Assembly: GCA_964394855.1 (NCBI GenBank)
Contig: CAYMZD010000002.1
Location: 1 to 58,574, forward strand
Source of the DNA: an uncultured Gammaproteobacteria bacterium
GTDB lineage: Bacteria > Patescibacteriota > Microgenomatia > Daviesbacterales > UBA10151
Direction of reading: 5' to 3'
Length of the DNA: 58,574 bases
The first letter of the stretch is position 1. Every line of letters begins with the position of its first letter. The position numbers and the translations under genes are program-made. The notes under the pieces were generated by a model. That model saw nothing but the letters and a program-made list of their open reading frames with translations, did not search any database and was not told where the DNA came from. Positions 35,966 through 45,358 of the stretch are shown piece by piece.

Positions 35966-38098
35966 TTATTTTGTGCTTACAGGCCACTGTGTTACCATAA
36001 TGCTTTTGCCGGTATGTGGAAGACGTTGCCATAATTCCTCGGTTATAAAAGGCATAAAGGGATGAAGCAACTCTAGGCAGGTTCGAAAAACATATTCCAG
36101 GGTTGGTTGAGCTTCGCTTCGTCGCTCTTTTGATTTTTCAATATAAATATCGGCAAATTTATGCCAGATAAATTCATATAGAGTCTCCGCAGCTAAATGC
36201 AATTTAAATTCTTCCAGATTTTTGGTAACTGACTTTATGGTTTTATTAAGTTCATCCATGATCCACTGGTCATCGGAATGTTTCATTATTGACACGGCCG
36301 TGTCAATATTGTTATGTTCAATGATAAACTTGGCAATGTTCCAGAGTTTGGTAGTAAAATTTCTAAAATTTTTAGCCCTTTCGTCCATGGTTTCCCTGGA
36401 AGCTCTGCCATCCCGTCCGGGAATGGCATAAGTATATAAAGCCATTCGTGTAGCATCTGTACCCCATTGGGCTCGTAGCTCATTAGGATCAATACCGTTT
36501 CCCAAAGATTTGGAAAACTTGCGTCCCTGCAAATCCCGCAGCATGCCATGGAAAAACATATTTTTAAAGGGAACTTCATCTTTAAACCAAACTCCCAACA
36601 TGATCATTCTGGCAATCCATAGATATTTAATTTCCGGGGCAGTAATTTCAAAATCCCAGGGATAATATTTTTTAAGCTCGGCGGTATCGCTGGGCCAACC
36701 CAAGGTCGAGAGCGGCCAAAGACCAGATGAAAACCAGGTATCTAAAACTTGGCTCTCTTGGACCCAATGTTTTTGAGAGCAAGTCTGGCAATTTTTACCC
36801 GGTTCATCCAAAGAAATTACCATGTCCTTGTCTTTGCCAACCAGATGATTGGGGTTGCACTTTCCACAATACCAGACAGGGATGCGGTGGCCCCACCAAA
36901 GAGAACGGGAGATTGACCAATTGTGGACTTCTTTAATCCAGTTGGATAAAATCTTCAAATAGTTTTTGGGGGCAAAATTTATTTTGCCGATATTTTTAAG
37001 GGCTTTATCTGCCAAGGGTTTCATTTTGACAAACCACTCCTCGGAAATTAGAGGTTCGATAGTGGTTTTACAGCGCTCACAAACAGGTACGGAATGAGTG
37101 TATTTTTCTGTTTTTTCAATTTTATCTTTCAAAACTTGAACTGCTTTTTCCCGAGCCTCCATAATTTTTAAGCCGGTAAGATTTGGATCTAAGTCAGTAA
37201 TTCGTCCATCTTTGCCAACAACATGTAAAATAGGTAAGTTGTGGTCTTTACCAATTTCGAAGTCTAATAAATCATGGCCCGGGGTAATCTTCAGCGCTCC
37301 TGTCCCAAAACCTTTTTCTACTCTTTTGTCTTCAATAACGGGAATTTCAGTATTAGTAAAAGGATTTTTTGCCTTTTTACCTAAAAATTTGGCATATTGG
37401 GGATGGCGGGGGTAAATGGCAATAGCAACATCAGCAGCAATGGTTTCCGGTCTGGCAGTGGCTATACTAATATATTCATCTGTTCCGACTATTTTATATT
37501 TAATAAAATACAATTTTTCTTTTCGCTCGTCATATTCCATTTCCACATCTTCAATTGCTGTGTTGCATTTGGGGCACCACTGGACAATATAGGCCCCCTT
37601 GTATAGCAGATCTTGATCCCAAAAGGTTTTAAATTCTTCCAAGACCGCCTTTTGTACCTTTTCTTCCAACGTAAAAACTTCCCTGTCCCAGTCGGCCGAT
37701 AATCCAAAAACTGTCCAGGTGCGATGAAATGATTGATAAACCTTATCTTTAAATTTCCACGCTCGTGCTAACCATTTATCTCTACCAAGTTTTTGTTTAT
37801 ATAATCCTTCTTTGGAAAGAATTTTATCTAGTGTGCTTTCAAAAGCAATCCCAGCATGGTCAACTCCAGGGAGGAGCAGAACGTCATATCCTTGCATTCT
37901 TTTAAAGCGGGCAATGGCGTCCATAATGGAATGTTGCATGGCATGGCCTAGATGCAAATCACCAGTTAAGTTAGGCGGGGGAACTAATAATCCATAGGGA
38001 GGGCTTAAGGAGTCAGGATTTGCTTTAAAAAAACCTTGATCTTCCCAAAATTGGTACCACTTTTCCTCAACTTGACTGTGACTGTATTGTTTATCCAT
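35966..38098 (-). CDS. valS: Valine--tRNA ligase
   Basis: PPPNLTG.LHLGHA, DHAGIA, ISRSLWWGHRIPVW, DTWFSS, KFSKSLGN. Confidence 0.96.
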   Translation of the reverse strand: MDKQYSHSQVEEKWYQFWEDQGFFKANPDSLSPPYGLLVPPPNLTGDLHLGHAMQHSIMDAIARFKRMQGYDVLLLPGVDHAGIAFESTLDKILSKEGLYKQKLGRDKWLARAWKFKDKVYQSFHRTWTVFGLSADWDREVFTLEEKVQKAVLEEFKTFWDQDLLYKGAYIVQWCPKCNTAIEDVEMEYDERKEKLYFIKYKIVGTDEYISIATARPETIAADVAIAIYPRHPQYAKFLGKKAKNPFTNTEIPVIEDKRVEKGFGTGALKITPGHDLLDFEIGKDHNLPILHVVGKDGRITDLDPNLTGLKIMEAREKAVQVLKDKIEKTEKYTHSVPVCERCKTTIEPLISEEWFVKMKPLADKALKNIGKINFAPKNYLKILSNWIKEVHNWSISRSLWWGHRIPVWYCGKCNPNHLVGKDKDMVISLDEPGKNCQTCSQKHWVQESQVLDTWFSSGLWPLSTLGWPSDTAELKKYYPWDFEITAPEIKYLWIARMIMLGVWFKDEVPFKNMFFHGMLRDLQGRKFSKSLGNGIDPNELRAQWGTDATRMALYTYAIPGRDGRASRETMDERAKNFRNFTTKLWNIAKFIIEHNNIDTAVSIMKHSDDQWIMDELNKTIKSVTKNLEEFKLHLAAETLYEFIWHKFADIYIEKSKERRSEAQPTLEYVFRTCLELLHPFMPFITEELWQRLPHTGKSIMVTQWPVSTK

Positions 38099-38125
38099 AC
38101 GAGGTTAAGTATATTGCTAGAGAGA

Positions 38126-38467
38126 TTAAGATTCAACCTCAGTAATGAGTATACGGATATTTGGGAATTCATGTCGAGAACAGATATGGTTTATTTCGTT
38201 GTTGGGGTTTACAAATATCACCAAGACTTTTTCATTTTCAAAATCAATAATAATAGCTCTCAAATTTTGATCATACATCAATCGATAATTATTTCTATCA
38301 ATAGCAATTGCTGATAAATAATGAGTAGGTGTGTTTAAAATTACTCGGAAACGATCAGATCCTTCGGGGGATGGTCTTTGCCACAACTCCTCTGGAGAAA
38401 GCGGTTTAAAGTTATCTGGCCTCTTGTACATATCGCGTATTTCTGCTGCCGATAAAATGTGTTCCAT
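38126..38467 (-). CDS. Hypothetical protein
   Basis: 113-codon ORF between tsaD and valS in the same orientation; no family recognised. Confidence 0.55.
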   Translation of the reverse strand: MEHILSAAEIRDMYKRPDNFKPLSPEELWQRPSPEGSDRFRVILNTPTHYLSAIAIDRNNYRLMYDQNLRAIIIDFENEKVLVIFVNPNNEINHICSRHEFPNIRILITEVES

Positions 38468-38530
38468 AAAATAAAACAGCCCATATGGGCTATTTAGAGT
38501 AATTTTATAAGTAAAATTTTAATGTGTCAA

Positions 38531-38550
38531 CCCTTCAACTTCGCTCAGGG
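38531..38550. repeat. Short palindrome (CCTGAGC..CGAAGG family) abutting the tsaD stop
   Basis: CCCTTCAACTTCGCTCAGGG; related to 43634-43652 and 50667-50685. Confidence 0.7.
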
Positions 38551-39594
38551 CTAGTATGCCAGGGATAAGTTGGGATTGGCTTGTAATTTTAAAGGATCCT
38601 TAAGTGGTTTCCCCCAAAAAGCCGCTGCAGCTATCATGGCCGCATTATCGGTACATAAATAAGGGGGTGGAACATGTAGTTTAACCCTTAATTCTAAATT
38701 CTTAATTCTTAATTCTAAATCAGAAACTAGTTTCTGATTTGCAGCTACTCCTCCTGCCACCATAATTTGTTCAACATGATAAGTCTGGGTTGCTCGAATA
38801 GTTTTTTCCACCAGCACATCCACTATGGCCTGTTCAATAGAGGTAGCTAAGTTGCATTTCACCTTTGAGGTGTAGCTGCTTTTTTTCGCCTCGAATGTGT
38901 GTATTAGATTAGCCACGGCTGTTTTTAATCCGGAAAAAGAAAAATCCCAGCCAAAGGCTGGTCGTCCTTTGGACGAAATCATGGGTCGGGGAAGGTCAAA
39001 GGCCCCAGGATCCCCATTTTGGGCTAGTTTAGAAATCTCTGGACCACCAGGATAGGGTAATCCCAAAAGCCTGGCGCATTTATCAAAACACTCACCAGCT
39101 GCATCATCTCTGGTTCCCCCAAGGTATTTATATTTGCCATGATCCTGAAATAAGACCAAATCAGTATGGCCCCCGGAAACCAAAAGGCCAATGCAGGGAA
39201 ATTGTGGTGTTACACTTTGAGCGATCCAATTAGCATAAAAATGTCCAATTAAATGATTTACAGGGATTAATGGTTTCTGCCATACCAATCTTAAAGTTTT
39301 GGCAGTTTCCACTCCCACCAGGAGTGATCCAATCAGCCCTGGGCCATAGGCTACTGCAATAGCATCCAGTCCGGTAGGACTGCACTGAGCCTGTTGAAGT
39401 GTTTCCTCAATCACTGGAATAATAGATTTAATCTGTTCCCGGGCTGCTTGCTCGGGAATAACCCCACCATATTTAGCTTGTAGGGAAGCACTTGAAGCCA
39501 CCACATTGGATAAAATTTGTATTCGGCCGTTTTTCTGTTGTAAAACAGCCGCCCCGGTTTCATCACATGTGGTTTCAATACCCAGAATTATCAT
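38551..39594 (-). CDS. tsaD: tRNA threonylcarbamoyladenosine transferase subunit
   Basis: GIETTCDETG, GPGL.GSL, VNHLIGH, VSGGHT, DDAAGE.FDK, FSFSGLKT, CTDNAAMIA. Confidence 0.97.
   Translation of the reverse strand: MIILGIETTCDETGAAVLQQKNGRIQILSNVVASSASLQAKYGGVIPEQAAREQIKSIIPVIEETLQQAQCSPTGLDAIAVAYGPGLIGSLLVGVETAKTLRLVWQKPLIPVNHLIGHFYANWIAQSVTPQFPCIGLLVSGGHTDLVLFQDHGKYKYLGGTRDDAAGECFDKCARLLGLPYPGGPEISKLAQNGDPGAFDLPRPMISSKGRPAFGWDFSFSGLKTAVANLIHTFEAKKSSYTSKVKCNLATSIEQAIVDVLVEKTIRATQTYHVEQIMVAGGVAANQKLVSDLELRIKNLELRVKLHVPPPYLCTDNAAMIAAAAFWGKPLKDPLKLQANPNLSLAY
38682..38721. repeat. Heptamer tandem repeat inside tsaD
   Basis: (T/A)AATTCT units in tandem, encoding LELRIKNLELRV. Confidence 0.8.
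38947..38976. repeat. Intragenic twin-hairpin element in tsaD
   Basis: CCAGCC-AAA-GGCTGG followed by TCGTCC-TTT-GGACGA; 30 bp, in frame. Confidence 0.85.
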
Positions 39595-39634
39595 ATAACT
39601 GGAATTTTAGCACAGGAAATTATAAAATGCGCAT

Positions 39635-40138
39635 ATGAATTGTGAAATTTGTACCAATGAAATTGGTGATAAAATAGTACTCCTTCAACAAAGCCAACCT
39701 GATGGTAGGTTCGAAATCCTTGTTTGTATCTCCTGTGCAGAAAAAAGTGAATTTTATTGCCTGACTCATCAAAGGCCTCATTTGGGCTTTCCCGACAGTA
39801 CCAGTGCTTGCATGATATGTATAGATGAGGCAGTGGAGCAAGACGGTGAGAGACTGGCGGGAATTTTTGGGGTGGTGATTGATAGATCTTCCAGAGCACA
39901 AGAGATTCAAGAGGCAATACAGGGGTGGCAGAGACAAATTGAATCTATGTTTCCCCATGTAAGCCTAGCAGATCTCCCCCTGGCTATTCAATGGAAAGGA
40001 ACCCCTTTTAGTCTAAATGTTATCAGAACAGTGGTAACAAGGGCGAAGAGAATGAGGGTTACTCCTGAAGAGGTGATTAACTTGGTGGCCCAAGAGGGTC
40101 CGGAGGTAATTTTGCCACCCCTGGACCTTGATGAATAA
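39635..40138 (+). CDS. Hypothetical Cys-rich protein
   Basis: CEIC, CISC, C..H, C.IC motifs; divergent from tsaD. Confidence 0.65.
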   Translation: MNCEICTNEIGDKIVLLQQSQPDGRFEILVCISCAEKSEFYCLTHQRPHLGFPDSTSACMICIDEAVEQDGERLAGIFGVVIDRSSRAQEIQEAIQGWQRQIESMFPHVSLADLPLAIQWKGTPFSLNVIRTVVTRAKRMRVTPEEVINLVAQEGPEVILPPLDLDE

Positions 40139-40146
40139 TTGCCATC

Positions 40147-40176
40147 TTGACACCCGACCATATAGTCTAGTATATT
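40147..40176 (+). promoter_or_regulatory. Promoter of the LexA-like gene with a near-palindrome in the spacer
   Basis: TTGACA, 18 nt, TATATT, 6 nt before ATG; GACCATATAGTC lies between the hexamers. Confidence 0.6.
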
Positions 40177-40182
40177 AAATTC

Positions 40183-40824
40183 ATGGGTAAATCCACTATT
40201 TCGGAAAGGCAAAAACAGCTTCTAGGGGTGATATATAAATATATTAAAGATACAGGCTACCCCCCTTCTTTTGAAGACATGAAAGACAACCTGGGTGTAG
40301 TTTCCAACCAGTCAATACTCGATCTTTTGATTAAATTGGAAGGTCAAAAACTTATAAAGCGTAACGAATCCCAAGCCAGGGGGATAGCTATTTTACCCAT
40401 AGGTTACAAGGCGCTTGGTAAACCCCCTCTTGTCCCTTTTTTGGGCATTACCCATGCTGGCTCCCCAATTTCTGCCATAGAGATTAGCGGGCAGTGGCAA
40501 ACGATTTCACCGGATGTTGCTCGTCTGCAAGATGAAGTATTTGTGCTAAAGATTTCAGGGGATTCAATGGTAAATGCCGGAATTGAAGATGGCGATGTAG
40601 TTCTGGTTAAAAGTGCCAAAGAATTTTCATCCGGAGATATAGTCTTGGCAGATGTAGACGGCGAGACAACTGTTAAAAGATTTATTTCCGAAGATAAACC
40701 ACCTTATTTATATTTAAAACCGGAAAATCCAGAGCATAATATTATCTACTTTACTGAAAGAGTAACTTTGAGGGGTAAGATAATCTCAATTCTTAAGAAA
40801 GGACAGTGGGTTTCTGCTGCCTAA
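40183..40824 (+). CDS. lexA: LexA-like repressor (winged HTH plus S24 peptidase)
   Basis: GYPPSF..M, ARGI, HAG cleavage site, GDSM catalytic Ser, TVKR catalytic Lys. Confidence 0.9.
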   Translation: MGKSTISERQKQLLGVIYKYIKDTGYPPSFEDMKDNLGVVSNQSILDLLIKLEGQKLIKRNESQARGIAILPIGYKALGKPPLVPFLGITHAGSPISAIEISGQWQTISPDVARLQDEVFVLKISGDSMVNAGIEDGDVVLVKSAKEFSSGDIVLADVDGETTVKRFISEDKPPYLYLKPENPEHNIIYFTERVTLRGKIISILKKGQWVSAA

Positions 40825-40833
40825 ATCTTATAT

Positions 40834-42786
40834 ATGCCTACGATAAAGCCTAATAAATCAGAAGAAATAATTGGTGAAATCTTTAAGGATCAGGAGACAG
40901 TGTATGGTCTTAAAGAGTTTGAAGGCATAGATATTTATGACGTTTTGCATATCAGTGAGCAAGAACCGCACCGTTTTTACATTAAGGATCTAAAAACAGG
41001 CAACCAAAGATTTGTCTACGATGAGCAAAAAAAGACCGGCAAACCTGAGGAAATAGTCCGCCAGCTTTGGCTTTATAAATTGCATCACCAGTATCTTTAT
41101 CCCCTTGACCGCATTGATCTTGAAAAAAGCATACATTTTGGACGTGAAGTTCATACAAAAGCCGCGGATATCGTGGTTTATAAAAAAGACAAGATTACGC
41201 CTTACATCATTGTCGAAGTGAAAAATCCCAATGAGAAAAAAGCAATAGATCAATTAAAGAGTTACTTAAATTCAGAAGGGTGCGAAATAGGAGTTTGGTC
41301 AAACGGAGTAGAGAAAGTTGTTTTATATCGCCCATATCCTAAAGAATTTGAAGATTCCCTGGTTGATATCCCAAGAGAAAATCAGACTATAGATGATCTT
41401 TTTGAAATCAAAAGGAAATGGTCTCAGCTTAATCCCAAATTTGATTTTGTGGAAATTGTTAAACATATAGAGGAATTGGCTCTTGCAGGTTCTGGAGCTA
41501 ATGTTTTTGAAGAAATCTTTAAGATACTTTATGCAAAGCTCTATGATGAAAAACTTGCGAGGGAAAGAAGGGAAGGTGAAGAGGTACTTTTTAGAAAATA
41601 CAAAGACCCTGAAAAGACATATGAAATAATTAACGACCTGTTTAAAAACGCGATAAGAGAGTGGCCCGATACTTTTGAATTATCGGATAGAATTAGGCTA
41701 TCTCCTGTTAGACTTAATGTCTGTGTGCCATTCTTGGAAAATGTCAGACTTTTCGAAGTTGGCCAAGGTGAACTTGAAATCATAGACAGCGCATTTGAGT
41801 ATCTTATAACGGAAGTTTCTAAAGGAAAGAAGGGTCAATATTTCACGCCACGCCATGTTATTAAGATGTGCGTCCGCATACTTAACCCAAAGGATAATGA
41901 ATATGTAATTGATCCTGCCTGCGGGTCTGGAGGGTTTCTACTCCACACCATGTACCATGTTTGGGAAAATCTCCACACAGAAGCAGCCAAAAGAGAATAT
42001 GCTGGCCGCTACCTTTTTGGAGTGGACTTTGACGATAATATGCGTCGTATTTCTCAAGCCCTTATGCTTATTGCGGGTGACGGCAGACACCATATTTTTA
42101 AAAGGGATTCTTTGGATGCTAGAGACTGGCAGGGAGTGGAAAGCGAAGATGCGAGAGTTGCCCTAAGAACGCTTACACACAGATTTGAAAACTCATCAGA
42201 AGAAAAAGAAAATCAAATTTCTTACCGGTTTTTAGATTTTGATGTTTTGCTGACCAATCCTCCATTTGCGGGAGAAAACCCAGAATCCGGTCTACTTCGC
42301 CAGTATGAACTTGCTAAAAAAGACGGGAAGTTGCGAAACAATGTAGAGCGCCACATTCTTTTTATTGAACGATCACTAGATGCGATTAAACCGGGCGGAA
42401 GATTAGCGATAGTTCTACCACAGGGGGTTTTAAACAATACCAATATGGAATATATCAGAAATTGGCTGTTTGAAAAAGCCAGGATTTTGGCGGTAGTTGG
42501 TTTGCACGGGAATACATTCAAACCTCACACCGGCACAAAGACCTCCGTGTTATTTTTGCAAAAATGGGACGAGAAAGAAGAGCCTCTAAAAGATTATCCC
42601 ATTTTTATGGCGGTTTCCAAAAAAGGCGGCAAAGATAATTCCGGGGAATACATTTACAAGAAAGACGATAAAGGAAATTATGTACATGATAGTAAAGGTA
42701 GAAAAGTTTTAGATCATGATTTAGATGAAATAGCGGATAGGTTTATCGAATTTGCCAAAAAAGAAGGATTTAGTTTTTGGAGGTAA
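40834..42786 (+). CDS. Fused restriction endonuclease and N6-adenine methyltransferase (type IIG/IIB-like)
   Basis: N-terminal PEEIVRQ..ADIVV..IVEVK nuclease domain; GQYFTPR, DPACGSGGFL, NPPF motifs. Confidence 0.92.
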   Translation: MPTIKPNKSEEIIGEIFKDQETVYGLKEFEGIDIYDVLHISEQEPHRFYIKDLKTGNQRFVYDEQKKTGKPEEIVRQLWLYKLHHQYLYPLDRIDLEKSIHFGREVHTKAADIVVYKKDKITPYIIVEVKNPNEKKAIDQLKSYLNSEGCEIGVWSNGVEKVVLYRPYPKEFEDSLVDIPRENQTIDDLFEIKRKWSQLNPKFDFVEIVKHIEELALAGSGANVFEEIFKILYAKLYDEKLARERREGEEVLFRKYKDPEKTYEIINDLFKNAIREWPDTFELSDRIRLSPVRLNVCVPFLENVRLFEVGQGELEIIDSAFEYLITEVSKGKKGQYFTPRHVIKMCVRILNPKDNEYVIDPACGSGGFLLHTMYHVWENLHTEAAKREYAGRYLFGVDFDDNMRRISQALMLIAGDGRHHIFKRDSLDARDWQGVESEDARVALRTLTHRFENSSEEKENQISYRFLDFDVLLTNPPFAGENPESGLLRQYELAKKDGKLRNNVERHILFIERSLDAIKPGGRLAIVLPQGVLNNTNMEYIRNWLFEKARILAVVGLHGNTFKPHTGTKTSVLFLQKWDEKEEPLKDYPIFMAVSKKGGKDNSGEYIYKKDDKGNYVHDSKGRKVLDHDLDEIADRFIEFAKKEGFSFWR

Positions 42787-42788
42787 GA

Positions 42789-43595
42789 ATGCTAGAACGT
42801 ACATTTATTCAAAAATGGAGAACTTTTTTAAGTATTATATTTTCTCCAGGTTCCATTATCCCATTTATTTTATCAGCCTTATGTTTGTTTTTAGCAATAT
42901 CTGTTTTTACAGGTGCTCTATCTAGTCTGCTATCAATATTTGCTTCTATTTTAACCGCTATAGCAGGATTTTTTGTAAAAGAGGATTGGGATAGAGTACA
43001 AGGTAATACAATGCTAGAGAAAAAGGGACGATCTGCAATCAGGAATCTTGGATCAATTGAGCAACAAATTATTCAGATAAGAAATTGGATTAAGAATTTT
43101 CTAGGAAGTAAGAATATAACTGAGAGGGAATTAAAAGAAATTGATCGTCACCTTACTACTACTCAAATGAATATTAAATCTGGGTTAGAAGACTGGATAG
43201 ACATAGTGCCTGAATTGAAGAAAAAAGAAGAATTCGCAAAAAAATATCAAGAAACATTAGAGGCTAATATGGAAGAGCTTTTAAAAAAAGAAGCTGAACT
43301 ATTAAAAATTGGGGAAACAAATAAGGAGCTAAAAGTACAACTAGAAAAGAGGATAAAAGAATTAGAGAAACGAGTACAAGAGTTGAAAAGCGAACAATCA
43401 AATGTGTTTGGTGGACTTATGCCTTCAACCTCCCCATATTCATTCGTAACTATCTCACCATCAGGTTCTGGTACGCTATCTAATTTACTTCCCAAGACTT
43501 GTTCAATTTGTGGAAAGGTTTACAAGGATGACAATAGTCCAACTATTTCCCTAAATGATGTGTGCCCAGAATGCAAAAGACGGGGTAGAGATTAG
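42789..43595 (+). CDS. Hypothetical protein: two TM helices, coiled coil, C-terminal zinc ribbon
   Basis: GGAGGT SD, hydrophobic N-terminus, heptad-rich region, CSIC..CPEC. Confidence 0.8.
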   Translation: MLERTFIQKWRTFLSIIFSPGSIIPFILSALCLFLAISVFTGALSSLLSIFASILTAIAGFFVKEDWDRVQGNTMLEKKGRSAIRNLGSIEQQIIQIRNWIKNFLGSKNITERELKEIDRHLTTTQMNIKSGLEDWIDIVPELKKKEEFAKKYQETLEANMEELLKKEAELLKIGETNKELKVQLEKRIKELEKRVQELKSEQSNVFGGLMPSTSPYSFVTISPSGSGTLSNLLPKTCSICGKVYKDDNSPTISLNDVCPECKRRGRD

Positions 43596-43670
43596 ATGAT
43601 CAACTTTTCCATAATCCAAAAATCTCAACTTGATGGTTCGACAGGCTCACCACAAGAGGAGCACATATGA
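43596..43670 (+). pseudogene. Vestigial specificity-subunit N-terminus
   Basis: MINFSIIQKSQLDG resembles MITYSIIKRSELEG of the downstream S gene; diverges at a palindrome. Confidence 0.65.
43634..43652. repeat. Short palindrome (TGAGCCTG.CGAA family)
   Basis: TGGTTCGACAGGCTCACCA. Confidence 0.75.
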
Positions 43671-45025
43671 TTACTTATTCGATAATCAAAAGGAGTGAGT
43701 TAGAGGGGGTTTTGCGGCTGGATGCGGAATATTACCAGCCGGAATATTTTATTGATTTCAGCAAAGGCAATTGGTTGCCAATTAGGGAAACTTTAGAAGT
43801 TTGCCAGTATGGAATATCTAAGGACATGAATGAAAATGGGATAGGGTTTCCTATTTTTAGAATGAACGACATTAAAAATGCTTTCCTTGCTGAAGATGAA
43901 TTAAAATATGCAGATATACCTGATGACCTTTTAGCAGAATATAAACTTGAGAGAGATGACATACTATTTAATAGGGTAAACGCAGAAGAATTTGTTGGCA
44001 GGACAGGAATAGTTAAACTAATTGATCATTTTGTTTTTGCTTCCTATCTAATTAGATTACGTACAAAAAAGAATGGAATTATAAAGCCTGATTATCTAAA
44101 TATTTTCTTAAATTCAAGTTATGGTATTAAACAAATAAGAAAATTTAGAAGACGTGCAGTAAATCAAGCTAATGTAAATGCTGAAGAACTAAAACAAATA
44201 AGAATCCCTGTTTTATCGCTAAACATTCAGGAAGAAATCAGTAAATTATCAAATGAATCATGGAATCAAACAGAACAGTCGAAATCTTATTACCAACAGG
44301 CCGAGAACTTCCTTTTGGAGGAGTTGGGATTTAAGGACTTTCGGGTTGAAGATGATTTAAGTTTTGTTGTTAATCTTTCAGACGTAAAATCTGCAAAACG
44401 GGTTGATGCGGATTATTTCCAGCCAAAGTATCAAAAGTTAGTTGAACAGATTGAAAAACATAATGCAAAACTACTTGGTAATTTAGTTTCGATGAAGAAA
44501 GGTTTTGAGCCGGGAAGTGAGGCATATCAAGAAGAAGGTAAACTTTTCATTAGAGTTAGCAGTCTCTCTAAATTTGGCATTGAGGATAAAGATCAAAAAT
44601 ATTTAAGTGATGATTTATACGGAAAACTTAAGGTAAACTTTGAACCAAAAATAGGCGAAATTTTATTAACAAAGGATGCAACTCCTGGTATAGCCTATGT
44701 TTTAAAAGAAGCAGTAGAAGGAATAATATCTGGGGGAATGATGAGATTAAAGGTAAATAATGATATTGACCCAGAATATCTAGCTTTATGTATAAGTTCT
44801 TTAACTGGTCAAATGCAAGCAGGAAGAGATGCAGGAGGATCAATAATAGCTCATTGGAAACCAGAACAAATCAAGAATTTATTAATTCCAGTTCTACCAA
44901 AACCCACCCAACAAAAAATTGCAGAGTTGGTCAGGAAATCCCATGAAGCAAGGAAGAAATCAAAGCAGCTTTTAGAAGAGGCAAAAAGAAAAGTTGAAGA
45001 AATGATAGAGGAGAAATCAAATTAA
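43667..45025 (+). CDS. hsdS: Restriction-modification specificity subunit with two TRDs
   Basis: RLDAEYY and RVDADYF repeats, FASYLIRLR, YLNIFLNS, L.IP.L..QQKIA. Confidence 0.9.
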   Translation: MITYSIIKRSELEGVLRLDAEYYQPEYFIDFSKGNWLPIRETLEVCQYGISKDMNENGIGFPIFRMNDIKNAFLAEDELKYADIPDDLLAEYKLERDDILFNRVNAEEFVGRTGIVKLIDHFVFASYLIRLRTKKNGIIKPDYLNIFLNSSYGIKQIRKFRRRAVNQANVNAEELKQIRIPVLSLNIQEEISKLSNESWNQTEQSKSYYQQAENFLLEELGFKDFRVEDDLSFVVNLSDVKSAKRVDADYFQPKYQKLVEQIEKHNAKLLGNLVSMKKGFEPGSEAYQEEGKLFIRVSSLSKFGIEDKDQKYLSDDLYGKLKVNFEPKIGEILLTKDATPGIAYVLKEAVEGIISGGMMRLKVNNDIDPEYLALCISSLTGQMQAGRDAGGSIIAHWKPEQIKNLLIPVLPKPTQQKIAELVRKSHEARKKSKQLLEEAKRKVEEMIEEKSN

Positions 45026-45103
45026 ATGACCAATAAACAAGCTGGGGATTTGGGGGAGAAAGATGGTATATTTAAAGCAGGGAAATTTTCAAAAAGGAGG
45101 TGA
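45026..45103 (+). pseudogene. Possible YraN-like N-terminal remnant
   Basis: MTNKQAGDLGEK resembles the GxxGE start of YraN proteins; stops after 25 aa. Confidence 0.35.
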
Positions 45104-45109
45104 GGATAA

Positions 45110-45358
45110 ATGGCAATATTTTTAGGGGTACACAAATTTGAACCAGGGATGAGCGAAGATGATATCAGGAGTGGCTATGAGAAATACAAAGAAAGTGCCA
45201 TTGAGGCAGGATTAAAACCACTTGGGGCTATGGTAAGCTTGGAAAAAGGATTTGCCTATTGTCAGACTGAAGCCCAGTCGCCAGAGCAAGTCAGAGAAGC
45301 TCATCAAAAAGTAGAAATCCCCCTGGAAGATGTAGTAGAGGTCAGACTTTTAAGTTAA
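45110..45358 (+). CDS. DUF4242-like small protein
   Basis: GGAGG SD; VHK..AYC..EA.SPE.VREAH pattern. Confidence 0.7.
   Translation: MAIFLGVHKFEPGMSEDDIRSGYEKYKESAIEAGLKPLGAMVSLEKGFAYCQTEAQSPEQVREAHQKVEIPLEDVVEVRLLS

Noticed and set aside
36500-36525. KFSKS instead of KMSKS in ValS
   Set aside because: A conservative variant with the catalytic Lys retained; not evidence of new function.
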